Both the position numbers and the translations under genes were made by a program. The notes below the pieces were generated by a model. That model was not told the origin of the DNA, did not search any database, and was given only the letters and a program-made list of their open reading frames with translations. From contig NW_003314350.1 of the NCBI RefSeq assembly GCF_000143415.4, positions 186,001-250,000 of the forward strand: 64,000 bases of DNA, read 5' to 3'. Positions 1 to 10,256 of this stretch are shown here, one piece after another. The DNA comes from Selaginella moellendorffii. Its lineage: Eukaryota > Plantae > Lycopodiophyta. Numbering within the stretch: the first letter of the stretch is position 1; every line of letters begins with the position of its first letter.

Positions 1-242
1 CATGATTAATATTATAACAAGAATAAAATTCTAAAAACTCAAATTTAGATAATCCAAAAGCCAGGTTTTCCTGTATGAGATCTTGCAAAATTAATCCAAT
101 AGCTAGAATTGTTTTAGGCTTCTAGTTCTAATGGTTGAGATTTTAAGATTTTAAATTTGGATATTCCGAGCCATTCTGAAGTCATTTATTTATTTAAAAT
201 TAAATGCTTGGAATTATAAGAACCCTAGTTTAGCCATGGTGG

Positions 243-3200
243 ATGGAGAGGAGGGATTCCAGGCTCGTCTACCAGGCGCTTGTGGACGAGGGCGTCAAGC
301 CGAGCATTGGCGTTCTTCTCGCAGCGATCAAGGTATGTAAGAATTCACGGGATTTACAAACCGGTAGGAGGATTCACGGGGATGTGATCAACAACAGGGA
401 ATTCTCGTCTCACCGCTTCGTGGCAAGCGCATTGGTGGACATGTATGCGAAATGCGGCCGACTGGGGGATGCCAGGAGGGTGTTCGAGAGCATGAGCTCT
501 CACGACTTGGTGTCGTGGAATTGCATGATCCAAGGCTATGCTCAGAGAGGGGAGATGGATTTAGCACTGGAACTCTACGATCGGATGCAAAGACAGGGCT
601 GCGATCCAAACCGAGGGACGCTGCTCGCTGCTCTCAAGGCATCCGTGAGCCTGGCTGAGAGAGAAGAAGAAGAAGTAGAAGAAGAAAGCTCGAAAGTTTC
701 TAGACGAACGAAGCGTGGACAGTGCTTGGAAAGAGGCCGAGAGATACACTCTCACGCTGTGAAGACTGGCAACGAGCTCGATCCTTTCGTGGCCAACACT
801 TTGGTGGCCATGTATGCAAAGTGTGGAAGCATGGAAGAGGCTCACGAGATTTTCGACAAGATGAGGCAGCGGGACGTGGTGTCCTGGAACTGCTTGGTGA
901 TGGGATACGCGAAGAACGAGCAAGGCGAGATGGCTCTGGAACTCTTCTCGCGGATGGAAGAACAAGGCTGCCAAGCAAACGCTGTGACTTTTCTCGGTGC
1001 TCTCAAGGCTTGCGTGAGCTTGGCTGAGAAAGAGCAAGGCACGCTCGTCCAGGGAAGGGTGATAAAGTGCGAGTGCCTTGAGCGAGGGAGAAGGATCCAC
1101 TCCCGAGCTGCAGAAACTTTGGGACCGGATCTCTTCGTGGCGAATGCTCTTATCGATTTCTACTCGAGGTGTGGAAGCTTAGACGAAGCACGCAGTGTTT
1201 TCGAGATCTTGGACAGGCGCCGAGACGTGGTCTCATGGAATTCCATCATCCAGGGGTGTGCTCAATCTGGAGAGGGAGATCTGGCTCTAAGTTTCTATCG
1301 AGCTATGAAAGGTGACGGCTTCCAGCCGAACAGGGTGACGGTTCTTGCCGCGTTGAAAGCTTGTGTGAGCTCGGCTGAAAAAGAAGAAGATGGAGATCCG
1401 GAGAGCAGAGTTTCATCGGCAAAGTTAGCTCGAATCCAAAAGCGTTTGGAGCAAGGCCGAGAGATTCACTTCGAAGCAGCCAAGCTTGGACTGGACTCCG
1501 ACGTTTTTGTGGCCAGCGCGCTCGTCGACATGTATGCCAAGTTCGGGAGCTTGCCGGAAGCTCGCAAAATTTTTGAGAGTATGAAGAAGCGGAGCGTAGT
1601 TCCCTGGACCGCCATTATCATGGCCTATGCTCAAAACGGCGATGGAGAGATGGCTTTGCGACTCTACTCACGCATGGAAGACGAAGGCTGTGCTCCAAAC
1701 CGGGTCACCGTTCTCGCTGCTCTCAAGGCTTGCGTGACTCTGTCGGAGAAAGAGCCCGCCATGAAAGAGCTCTCGCTGGGAAAAGGAAAAGCTATACACC
1801 GGCAGGCCGTGGAAATGGGAGTGGACTCGGAGCTCTTCGTCGCCAACGCTCTCATCGACATGTACTCGAGGTGTGGCAGCATGGCGGACGCGTCTCAAGT
1901 TTTCCATGGCATGAAGGCTCGAGATATCGTCTCCTGGAACTCCATCATCCAAGGATTTGCACAGCGGGAAGGAGGAGATCCAGAGACGGCCTTGAAACTC
2001 TACTCGAGAATGCGGGACGAAGGGAAGTGCTCGTCAAACCAAGTGACAACTCTCGCAGCACTGAGAGCGTGTGTGATTCTCTCCGAGCGGGAAGACGCAC
2101 GAAAGCTAGCCGATGTCGGTGTGAAAGTCAAGAGCTTGGAAAGAGCTCGAGGCATTCATGGCGGAGTTCTCGGGAAACCCGAGACTTTGGTGGCCAACAC
2201 TTTGATCGACGTTTACTCGAAGTGTGGCAGCATGAGCGATGCTCGCCAAGTCTTCGATGGTATGGAGGAGAAGCAACGTACCACAGTTTCGTGGACGGCC
2301 ATTATCATGGGCTACGCGGGGAATGGCGATGGCGAAGAAGCTCTGGAGCTGTTCGAGCGTATGATGAAGGAAGGGAGCTTTGCTCCGAGTGAAGTAACTC
2401 TTCTCGGTGCCTTGAAGGCTTGCTCAAGCCTTGCAGAAAAAGAAGAGGCGATTTACGTCCAAGGCAAGGCTGTGAAAGCTCGTAGCTTGGAACGGGGAAG
2501 ATATCTTCACTCTCAAGCGATCAAGCTTTGGAACAGGGACGAAGAGCTCAACGTGTTCTTAGCCAATGCTTTGATCGACATGTATGCAAAGTGTGGAGAA
2601 ATGGTGGAAGCCCAACAAGTCTTTGACGAACTGGACCACCGGAAGAGCGTGGTTTCATGGAACTCGATGATCCAAGGCTATGCTTACGCTGGAAATGGTG
2701 TTAAGGCTTTGGAACTGTTTGATCGGATGGATGTATTCCAAAGAGATGGAGTAACTTATCTGGCAGCTCTCAAGGCTTGTGCGAGCATTGGAAGAAAGAG
2801 TCTTGGAAAAGGACGAGTCATACACGAAGAATTTATAGGAATGGACAATATCAATGACAATAGAATAGATGTATTGCTGGCTAACTCGCTTATAGACATG
2901 TACGCGAAGTGTGGAAGCCTGGATGAATCCTGGATGGTTTTCGAGAGGATTCATCCAAAACAACGAACAATCTCTTCGTGGAACTCTATCATTCTTGCTC
3001 ATGCTGAGAGTGGCGAGGAAGAACAGGCTATGGAGCTCTACTCGCAGATGAAAGACTTGGAAAACTTCCAGCCGGATGCGGTAACTTATTTTGCGGTGCT
3101 CAAGGCCTGTGGGAACTTAGCAGCGCTTGAGACTGGCAAGAAGATCTGCAACGAGATTCGAGAAGTTCCAGGGAAACTCCAAGATCAAGTGATGCTCGCA

Positions 3201-3809
3201 AACTCTATCGTCAGTTTCTTCGCGAAATGTGGATGCATGGACGATGCCGAGCGAGTTTTTCACTCGATTTCCAGGAAAAACATTGGCTCCTGGAGTGCTC
3301 TCATCGCCGGATATAGCTTCCATGGTGACACTGATCGAGTGTTTGAGCTCCTAGAAACGATGATCCAGGAAAAAGATCCTCGCCTCCTACCAAATGAGAT
3401 GATCTTTCTTTCAGTGCTCAATGCTTGCAGCCATGCTGGGCTCGTCGAGAAAGGCTTGGAGCTCTTTGATGTGATGCGCTACACGTATGGGATCCCAGCA
3501 GGGATCCACCACTACGCTTGCATGGTGGATCTTTTAGCTCGAGCAAACAAGCTTGATGAAGCTTTGGCGATGGTGGAAGGCATGCCTGTGGAGGCCGACG
3601 CAGTGGTGTGGACGTCGCTGCTGGCTGGAGCCACGAAGTGGAAGAATGCAAGGATTGGACGCATTGCATTTGAGAAAGGATTGGAACTAGGTTCTGGCAA
3701 AGATCGTGTAGCAAACTTGATTCTCATGTCTAATCTCTATGCAAGCCTTGGAAGGTTTGAGGAGGTGATAAAGATCCAAGACATGAAAGAACAATTACAT
3801 AATTCATAA
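243..3809 (+). CDS. PLS-class pentatricopeptide repeat protein with C-terminal E domain (organellar RNA-editing factor type), no DYW
   Basis: Intronless 1188-aa ORF with repeating P-L-S triplets (VSWN..I.GYA; N.VT.LAALKAC; FVANALIDMYAKCGS). It ends in LNACSHAG...HYACMVDLLARA...VVWTSLL...LMSNLYASLGR (E domain) and stops before any DYW domain. Confidence 0.95.
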   Translation: MERRDSRLVYQALVDEGVKPSIGVLLAAIKVCKNSRDLQTGRRIHGDVINNREFSSHRFVASALVDMYAKCGRLGDARRVFESMSSHDLVSWNCMIQGYAQRGEMDLALELYDRMQRQGCDPNRGTLLAALKASVSLAEREEEEVEEESSKVSRRTKRGQCLERGREIHSHAVKTGNELDPFVANTLVAMYAKCGSMEEAHEIFDKMRQRDVVSWNCLVMGYAKNEQGEMALELFSRMEEQGCQANAVTFLGALKACVSLAEKEQGTLVQGRVIKCECLERGRRIHSRAAETLGPDLFVANALIDFYSRCGSLDEARSVFEILDRRRDVVSWNSIIQGCAQSGEGDLALSFYRAMKGDGFQPNRVTVLAALKACVSSAEKEEDGDPESRVSSAKLARIQKRLEQGREIHFEAAKLGLDSDVFVASALVDMYAKFGSLPEARKIFESMKKRSVVPWTAIIMAYAQNGDGEMALRLYSRMEDEGCAPNRVTVLAALKACVTLSEKEPAMKELSLGKGKAIHRQAVEMGVDSELFVANALIDMYSRCGSMADASQVFHGMKARDIVSWNSIIQGFAQREGGDPETALKLYSRMRDEGKCSSNQVTTLAALRACVILSEREDARKLADVGVKVKSLERARGIHGGVLGKPETLVANTLIDVYSKCGSMSDARQVFDGMEEKQRTTVSWTAIIMGYAGNGDGEEALELFERMMKEGSFAPSEVTLLGALKACSSLAEKEEAIYVQGKAVKARSLERGRYLHSQAIKLWNRDEELNVFLANALIDMYAKCGEMVEAQQVFDELDHRKSVVSWNSMIQGYAYAGNGVKALELFDRMDVFQRDGVTYLAALKACASIGRKSLGKGRVIHEEFIGMDNINDNRIDVLLANSLIDMYAKCGSLDESWMVFERIHPKQRTISSWNSIILAHAESGEEEQAMELYSQMKDLENFQPDAVTYFAVLKACGNLAALETGKKICNEIREVPGKLQDQVMLANSIVSFFAKCGCMDDAERVFHSISRKNIGSWSALIAGYSFHGDTDRVFELLETMIQEKDPRLLPNEMIFLSVLNACSHAGLVEKGLELFDVMRYTYGIPAGIHHYACMVDLLARANKLDEALAMVEGMPVEADAVVWTSLLAGATKWKNARIGRIAFEKGLELGSGKDRVANLILMSNLYASLGRFEEVIKIQDMKEQLHNS

Positions 3810-4883
3810 AAATAAAATTCTAATTAAAACATTTTTATAACTACTTTTTCTATTTTTTAATAATTATTAAATGAATTATGGAGTTTAAATGAATAATGTA
3901 TTTATTATTAAATAAGAAATGATTTGAAATACATATTCAATTAATCTAAAAACTCTAACTGAAATAAAAGTGTTAAACAGCTGAGGTCAAACTTTAAATG
4001 CTTACATTTGCATTTTTTATTAAAATTTTAATTTATGTATAAGTTATTAAGTTTCATTTTGCATACACCATATTATACTCAAATTTAAATTTCATCTTGG
4101 ACTTAGGTTTGGGCTGGAATGTAAACACGTGGGGTGAAAGTTTAAAATATTTATCTCCCTAAAGTGTGATAAATTGTGATTTTTGAAAAGTTAATAGGGA
4201 TAAAAGAATATTATTTTAAAGAGGTTTAAAGTTTAATTGGTAAACAACATATAAAATATAATTAGAAAAATTATTTAATAAAATTATTAGTCATTAAATT
4301 ATTAGATTCTATGTAATACTTTTAGTTTTTTAAACAGTAGTAAATATATTAACAATTAAAGTCAATAAAATAATTTAATAGTTATTAATGAATGCTTGCT
4401 TCAATGCCAGGCTGGCACTGTTGGCAGATTTCCCAGGCAAAGGACATTGAGCATATGGAGCATGCTGTGAGCAATATTTTTATTGTCTAATTTGTTAAGT
4501 GCAATAGTAGTAATTTTAGTAAAAAAAAGATTTTTTTTAAATATACAGGCAAATTAATGAGATATTTTTTGGAGCATAAAGGAAAAACACACAAAATAAT
4601 GTTTTAAACTTTTAAATTTAAAAGACTTTTAACCCTAAATATTCCAAAATCCTTATTTGATTGGAAAAAAAAATGCATTTTGCATTTCTATCATTTTCAA
4701 CTATAATTTCTCAAAAAAATATCCAAGAGTTAAAATTGTCTATAAATAATTGTGTCATGTTGCTTTGGTGAATATGAGTGATATGAAGCATAATCCATCC
4801 TTGCAAAACAGTCTCTTAATGTTGATCTTTGGAGCCAATGTTTGCATTGAATCAAAGCTTTGTTGTTCGAGTCCCTGGAAGTT

Positions 4884-4909
4884 AAACCCTACTCTGTGTT
4901 TTAGGGTTT
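4884..4909. promoter_or_regulatory. Inverted pair of telo-boxes just upstream of ORC3
   Basis: AAACCCTA at 4884-4891 and TAGGGTTT at 4902-4909, immediately before the ATG at 4917. Confidence 0.55.
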
Positions 4910-4916
4910 TGGCGCT

Positions 4917-7900
4917 ATGGCGGAGGACTCCGAGGAGGAGTGCGGCGCGCCTGACGACAATCGCTTGCAGGTAAGCGAGAGTTTCGGAGAATGCAGGATG
5001 TGTGACCCGCGATGCTGTGTTTTTCCCCTCGGAAGTCTTGCTTTGTGCTTCATAGCTCGAGAAGCAAGGCGAGGAAGGACAGGGTTGTCTCGCGCCTTCT
5101 TCCGGATGAGCCTGAATGCTGCGAGCAATGGCGCAAGGACGCGTTTGATAAATTCTGGAGGCACGTCGAGAGCGTTGTCGAGGTAGAAAACACGTTTTCC
5201 TTCGAGGTTCTTTAAATTTTTTTTCTTTAGTCTACCCTCGAGGATGGAAATGCGGATTGTTTTAGCAGCATTGAGCAGTGGATTTGCAACAGCCAGTTTT
5301 GCAAAGAGCAAATAAAGCTGTACAGCTTTTGCAACGCAAGCTCCTCTCGGCTTAGTTCCGCTTTGCTGTTTTCAGGTAATGTTGTGTTTTCCTCCGTTGT
5401 TTTAGTGATGGATCCATTCTTTTCTCTTTTTATTTTCTTTTGCAGGATCCGTGGACTCGTCTGACACGCATGCCATTTTCGATGGCCTTTGCTCGCATTT
5501 GCAGAAGCAAAATAGGTGCCGTGTTGCTCGCTTGCAGCCTCACCTTTTACTTGGCAAGCATGGCGTGAATTCTCCTCTGCGAAGCCTTTTCAAGCAGTTC
5601 ACCGGAATCACTCCTGAGGTTTGGCTCTCTTGTCTTGAGCTTGAGGAATCCTGATGTTTACGTTTCAGACTACAGACATGGAAATTCTTGCTGCTTGGCA
5701 CCAGGAATCTTGTAATGAGCAATATCCACTGGTTGTCATTGTCGAGGACGCAGAGCATTCCCACAGCTCCGTCTTAGCAGAGCTTGTAGTTATCTTGAGG
5801 TTCGTAACGTTGTTTCTGTGGCTTCCTGTTCTTAACTTAAGGCGCTTTCTTTTCTTCGTTTCCAGTGAATGGGCTGCACAACTTCCTCTTGTTCTTATCA
5901 TGGGAATGGCAATGACTGAGGACTCGTTACAAATGATGTTGCCAGCGAGTGTGACCGGACGACTTCATGTTCATAGTTTTTATTTGAAATCGCCTCTTCA
6001 CAGGCTAGAAGCGGTCGTGCAGGCTGTTCTGATTGACTTGCCTTTCGTTTTTACCTGGGGAACGGCTGTGGTGAAGGACTTCTATGAATTTTTCTATTCG
6101 CATGACAACACTGTTACTTCCTTCCTCAGACTTCTCAAGGTACTTTATAATGTCTATTGTATTCTTATCCATTTTATTAAACAGGTTTCGTGTATGGAGC
6201 ATTTCTCCAAGCAGCCTTTAAGTTTTTTGTGCGTAAATCTCGTCGATTCTACAAGTCAGGTCACGCCGCGCGAATCAATCTCATGGTCCTGACTCTTGGC
6301 TTTCCAGGTGGAGTTTGAAAAGTTCTGCAAGAAGCTTCCATCTGCACACTTGAAATATGCGTCCATTCTTTCACCTTCGCAAGGGTGATTTTTTGCTGGT
6401 CTTTTTCCCGTGTTGACGCGCGTCCCGGCTTTTTGGCAGTGACGATATATCACAGAAGATTGCAGCAGCACTTTGGAGCTACAAAGCAAATAGACGGTGT
6501 TGGAGCATGGCTTTTCAGGTGAGGGCTTTTGAGCTTTTGTGTGTTCCAACTTCTATAACGTTATTTTTTCCTGCAGTGTTTCCTCGCAGCTGGGTTACAT
6601 ATGAACTTTAAGTTTGCAGACGTGTATTACGGGGCGCTAACATCTTCAAAATTCTCTGCAGTGGTCAAGGACGAAAATGTTTTGTCTCTGATAACTGAGA
6701 GAATGAAGTAAGTCTTATTCCGGCATATAAGATACGCCTGACTTCTTTCTGCAGATATTTAGCTGTCTCGACCATGTCGGAACTTTTAAAAGAATGGACG
6801 TTACTGACTTCTCATAATGGACAAGTAAGAGAGACGCACTGATTTCTGTAGTAAGCTGCGTCGGTTTGGTTTGCTAGTGCAGCAAAGATCTCGAAGCTCT
6901 ACGCAAACAATTATCGTCGACCGATCCAGCGGATGTGGCTCCTCCATTGCAGTCATCTTTCTGTGGCACTCCCTCAATGACAACTCGTAGGATGAGAGCT
7001 CTTATGGGCTGCAGTTCACCACCCGGTGTTTCACACTGCAACGATCCAAAGCCAACGGAACAGCCGAAAGGGTACGATATGTTTTCTTTATCTCGTGACG
7101 CAGCTAATTCAAATCGAAGTTTAGAGACCAGAAAGCTAAATCGATGAGGATGGCAATGGAGTTTTTGGAGCGCCTGCAGAGGTATTTGTGGTAGAGTCTT
7201 GGACAGTAGCAGACATTTTGCTTGATCTTGTGCAGGGATTACATTGTAGCACCTGAATCAATACCATTTCATGATGTGTTTTGCTTTAAGGATGTGAATG
7301 CACTGAAACAGGTACTGATTTCTCTTAATACGTTTTCAAGGAGCGCGCTCATTCATATTGTTTCAGGCAATGACGGGAGAAACGCGTAAGCGTGTCCATT
7401 CGGACCTTCTTTCGTCGCAGGCCACGCTGAAATGCGAGTGTTGTCCTAGTAATGGCTCTCCGGCGTTCTCTCTCCACGACACTGCTCTTGCGTAAGAGTT
7501 TTTGTAAACTCTTATGTTTGTTAACTCATAGTTAATTGTGTGTAGGTACGCTCTGTCCCTTGAGCACAACGAGCTTGTTAATGTCCATGATTGGTACCAA
7601 TCCTTCGAATTTTTGCATTCTGAGAACAAATCAGCTGAGACAAGTAGGAAGCGAGGTGCGAAGCGAAAAGTGTTTTCAAGCTCGGAAGGTGAAATTCCAA
7701 AGCCAGCGGTAGCATCCATCCAGTAAGTGGCTCTAAGGTTTTCGCTTTGTTTCTTTTCTTAACTTGGTTAAAAACAGGGCCAGATTCTGCAAAGCTGTCG
7801 CAGAGCTTCATGTCACGGGGCTCCTTCGTCTTCCCAAGAAGCGACGTCCCGATTCCGTGCAAAGGATTTCCATTGGCTTCTCCTCAGAATCCTGTACGTA

Positions 7901-7953
7901 CACGTCGATGTTTTCCTTAAGATGTGAATCTGACCACCCCGCGTGTAACAGGA
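4917..7953 (+). CDS. ORC3: Origin recognition complex subunit 3 (multi-exon)
   Basis: Exons encode plant ORC3 motifs: PLVVIVEDAE..VLAELV..LSEW..LPLVLIMGMA, SCMEHFSKQPLSFL, IPFHDVFCFKDV, HDTALAYALSLEHNELVNVHDWYQSF, IQARFCKAVAELHVTGLLRLPKKRRPDSVQRI. Introns are GT-AG, about 50-70 nt. The stop is probably T|GA split by an intron at 7894-7951; otherwise the frame reads to 8003. Confidence 0.9.
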
Positions 7954-8053
7954 GTTCGTCATCACGGAATTCTTTCACGTACCTCCGCATGCCGCAGTGC
8001 TGATTATTTAAGAAGCACGGAGATCAGCATTTGTGAGGCGAGCGAGTAGGAAG

Positions 8054-8413
8054 ATGAAGAGGATTTCCATGCTGCTCGTCGTCGCCGTTATGGCAATTGC
8101 GATGTATGGAGCCAGTGCGGACTACTGCGACCTCACAACGCTTCTTCCTTGTCTGTCATCCGTGATTGGTGACAAGCCAACGCCTCCTTCGGAAGAATGC
8201 TGTGCGGTCGTGAGAGTTGTGGATCCCGACTGTGTGTGCGGTCACGTAGGAGACGATGAAGGCATCACTGGAATCAACGTCAAGCTGGCGGCTCAGATCC
8301 CCAAAAAGTGTGGGAGGCACGTCCCCAAAGGATTCAAGTGTGGAGGTAACTTTCTCTTATTCGGGCTTTCTTCTGATTCTGATATGTTTCCAGATGTTCC
8401 GGTTCCTTCGTGA
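8054..8413 (+). CDS. Non-specific lipid transfer protein (8-Cys motif, type D-like)
   Basis: Signal peptide followed by C-C-CC-CxC-C-C pattern. Intron 8346-8393 lies 4 nt after the last Cys codon, and there is no GPI tail. Confidence 0.9.
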   Translation: MKRISMLLVVAVMAIAMYGASADYCDLTTLLPCLSSVIGDKPTPPSEECCAVVRVVDPDCVCGHVGDDEGITGINVKLAAQIPKKCGRHVPKGFKCGGNFLLFGLSSDSDMFPDVPVPS

Positions 8414-8472
8414 GCTCTGTGTAGTATTTAACCTGTCGCATTGATCTACTCGTCCTGAGAACATTGGTTCTT

Positions 8473-9570
8473 ATGAATACGAGATGGAACTTCATCGAAC
8501 CCGATAAGCTTTGGCTCGAGATTGGTTTCCTAGATCCATTTGATGATGCAGGTAGTTTTTCGTGCTGCGCTCTGTCGAGGTTGGTTAACTATGTCTTGCT
8601 CTGAGTTTTCATTTTCTCATCCTGGAACTTGAGGTCAGCCTCAAGAGGGCAGATGAGAAACGAGTATCATTCTTAGATTATGGCTGATGTCGCTCAACTT
8701 GCTGGCTCGGAAGCCATGGAGAACAACATAAGGCTTCCTCTCTTCTTCTCGTGTTTATGATTCTAACATTCCATAGACCGATTGTCTTCTGGCACTGGCC
8801 ACCCTTCAACATACTCCAGATGAGAAACTTTCAGAGAGGAGTTGCATGCTTCAAGGACTCGAGCTGACCAGGTTTGACTAGTTGTCTGGACTTTTTGTGC
8901 TATCAGTGTGTTCCTTGTTAGCATAAAAACACTGCGCAAGCTAATGAAGAGCTGGAGGAGGCAAGTTCAAAGAGGAGGTGAACACTTATATATGCCGCTA
9001 ATGGCGTTTTTGCAGGTTACGAAATCACAGGACACTGTTTACCACTGCTTCTGAGCAGCAGAAAACTTCTCTCTCTTTTTCCCAGATTCATGCGCTTAAT
9101 AATTTCGTTTTGCAAAACCGTTTTCTTTTGGATCGTGTGGAAGCAAAGCATATAAATTCAGCCAAGAAGGACCGCAGGACGAAAACCACCAGGAGTTCGT
9201 ACGTGATTTTTCTCTTCCGAATACAGAGAAGAACGAATTTGTCTTGTAAGCTGGCTGTTTTCTTTTTACAATAGCTTGAGGTTCATAACGACCTTTGCGG
9301 ACAGTGATGTGAGGAATTTTGGGTGCTTTGGGTATAATTGGCTGAAGCTACGCTAAACGTTAGTTCACAGGTTAAAGATCTTGCACGGAAGTCAGAGAGC
9401 CACTGAACTACTGATCTTGTGCATGAATGGTGCAAGAGTTTCGAAAAGTTTTTCGATGCACGCACAGGCTCAGATGCGTCTGCCTGGCGTGGAAAGAAGC
9501 GGTGGACCACAGGGACAGCGATAGGTTCTTTCGCCAAAAGAGAGGAGTTGCGTGAAGAAATACTCGACGT
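8473..9570 (+). pseudogene. Unidentified spliced gene or pseudogene
   Basis: Coding-like segments alternate with short pyrimidine-rich intron-like segments ending in AG (e.g. near 8776, 8921, 9016, 9274). I could not assemble one uninterrupted reading frame or recognise a family. Confidence 0.3.
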
Positions 9571-10256
9571 GTGAAATCCTCAACGATCATTACTTAAGCA
9601 AAAAAGCAAAGAAAAAAAAACTGGATTTGTCAACTCTACCGATTGCATCTCATGGATCTTAACGTCGTTAAGAAACAAAAGCTTATAGCGGATCAAAATG
9701 AAAAGCGCAAGACTGCTTCAAGACATGAAGAGCGTGGTAGCCATGTCAAAACAAAAGGACATTACAAATGGCATACATAAATCCATACCAATTTTATTTA
9801 TTTTTGTTTTTAAGTTTTGTAATTAATGTTGATACTTTTCCAGCCAAATGATCCACATGCAGAAAATCTAGAATGCATATACGTGTTGCAATCCTCTTGG
9901 TTGTAAAGATCTGCTGTGTTTGTGCTTCCATCTGGGTGCCACTCAAAGCCATAACTGGATGAAGGATCTAGGATCAAAACCAAAAAGAAAAAGAAAATTA
10001 ATAAAGACTAGCATTTTTAACCTAGATGTGTTTTTCTTTCCTTTAAACACATCTAGCAAGTTTGACTTAATCTTGGTAGTATTTCATTTAATTGAACTAA
10101 TGATTGAGACATTTCTATAAGACAGAAAGAATTAAATAAAGATTAGTCTATAATATATTTAAAATCTGCTTTGCCAAGAAAGTTTTGAGCTGTTTCTATA
10201 ATCTAGCTTTCTCTGCTAGCTTTCAGAAACTTGATCTTCAAACTAATCACGCTATC

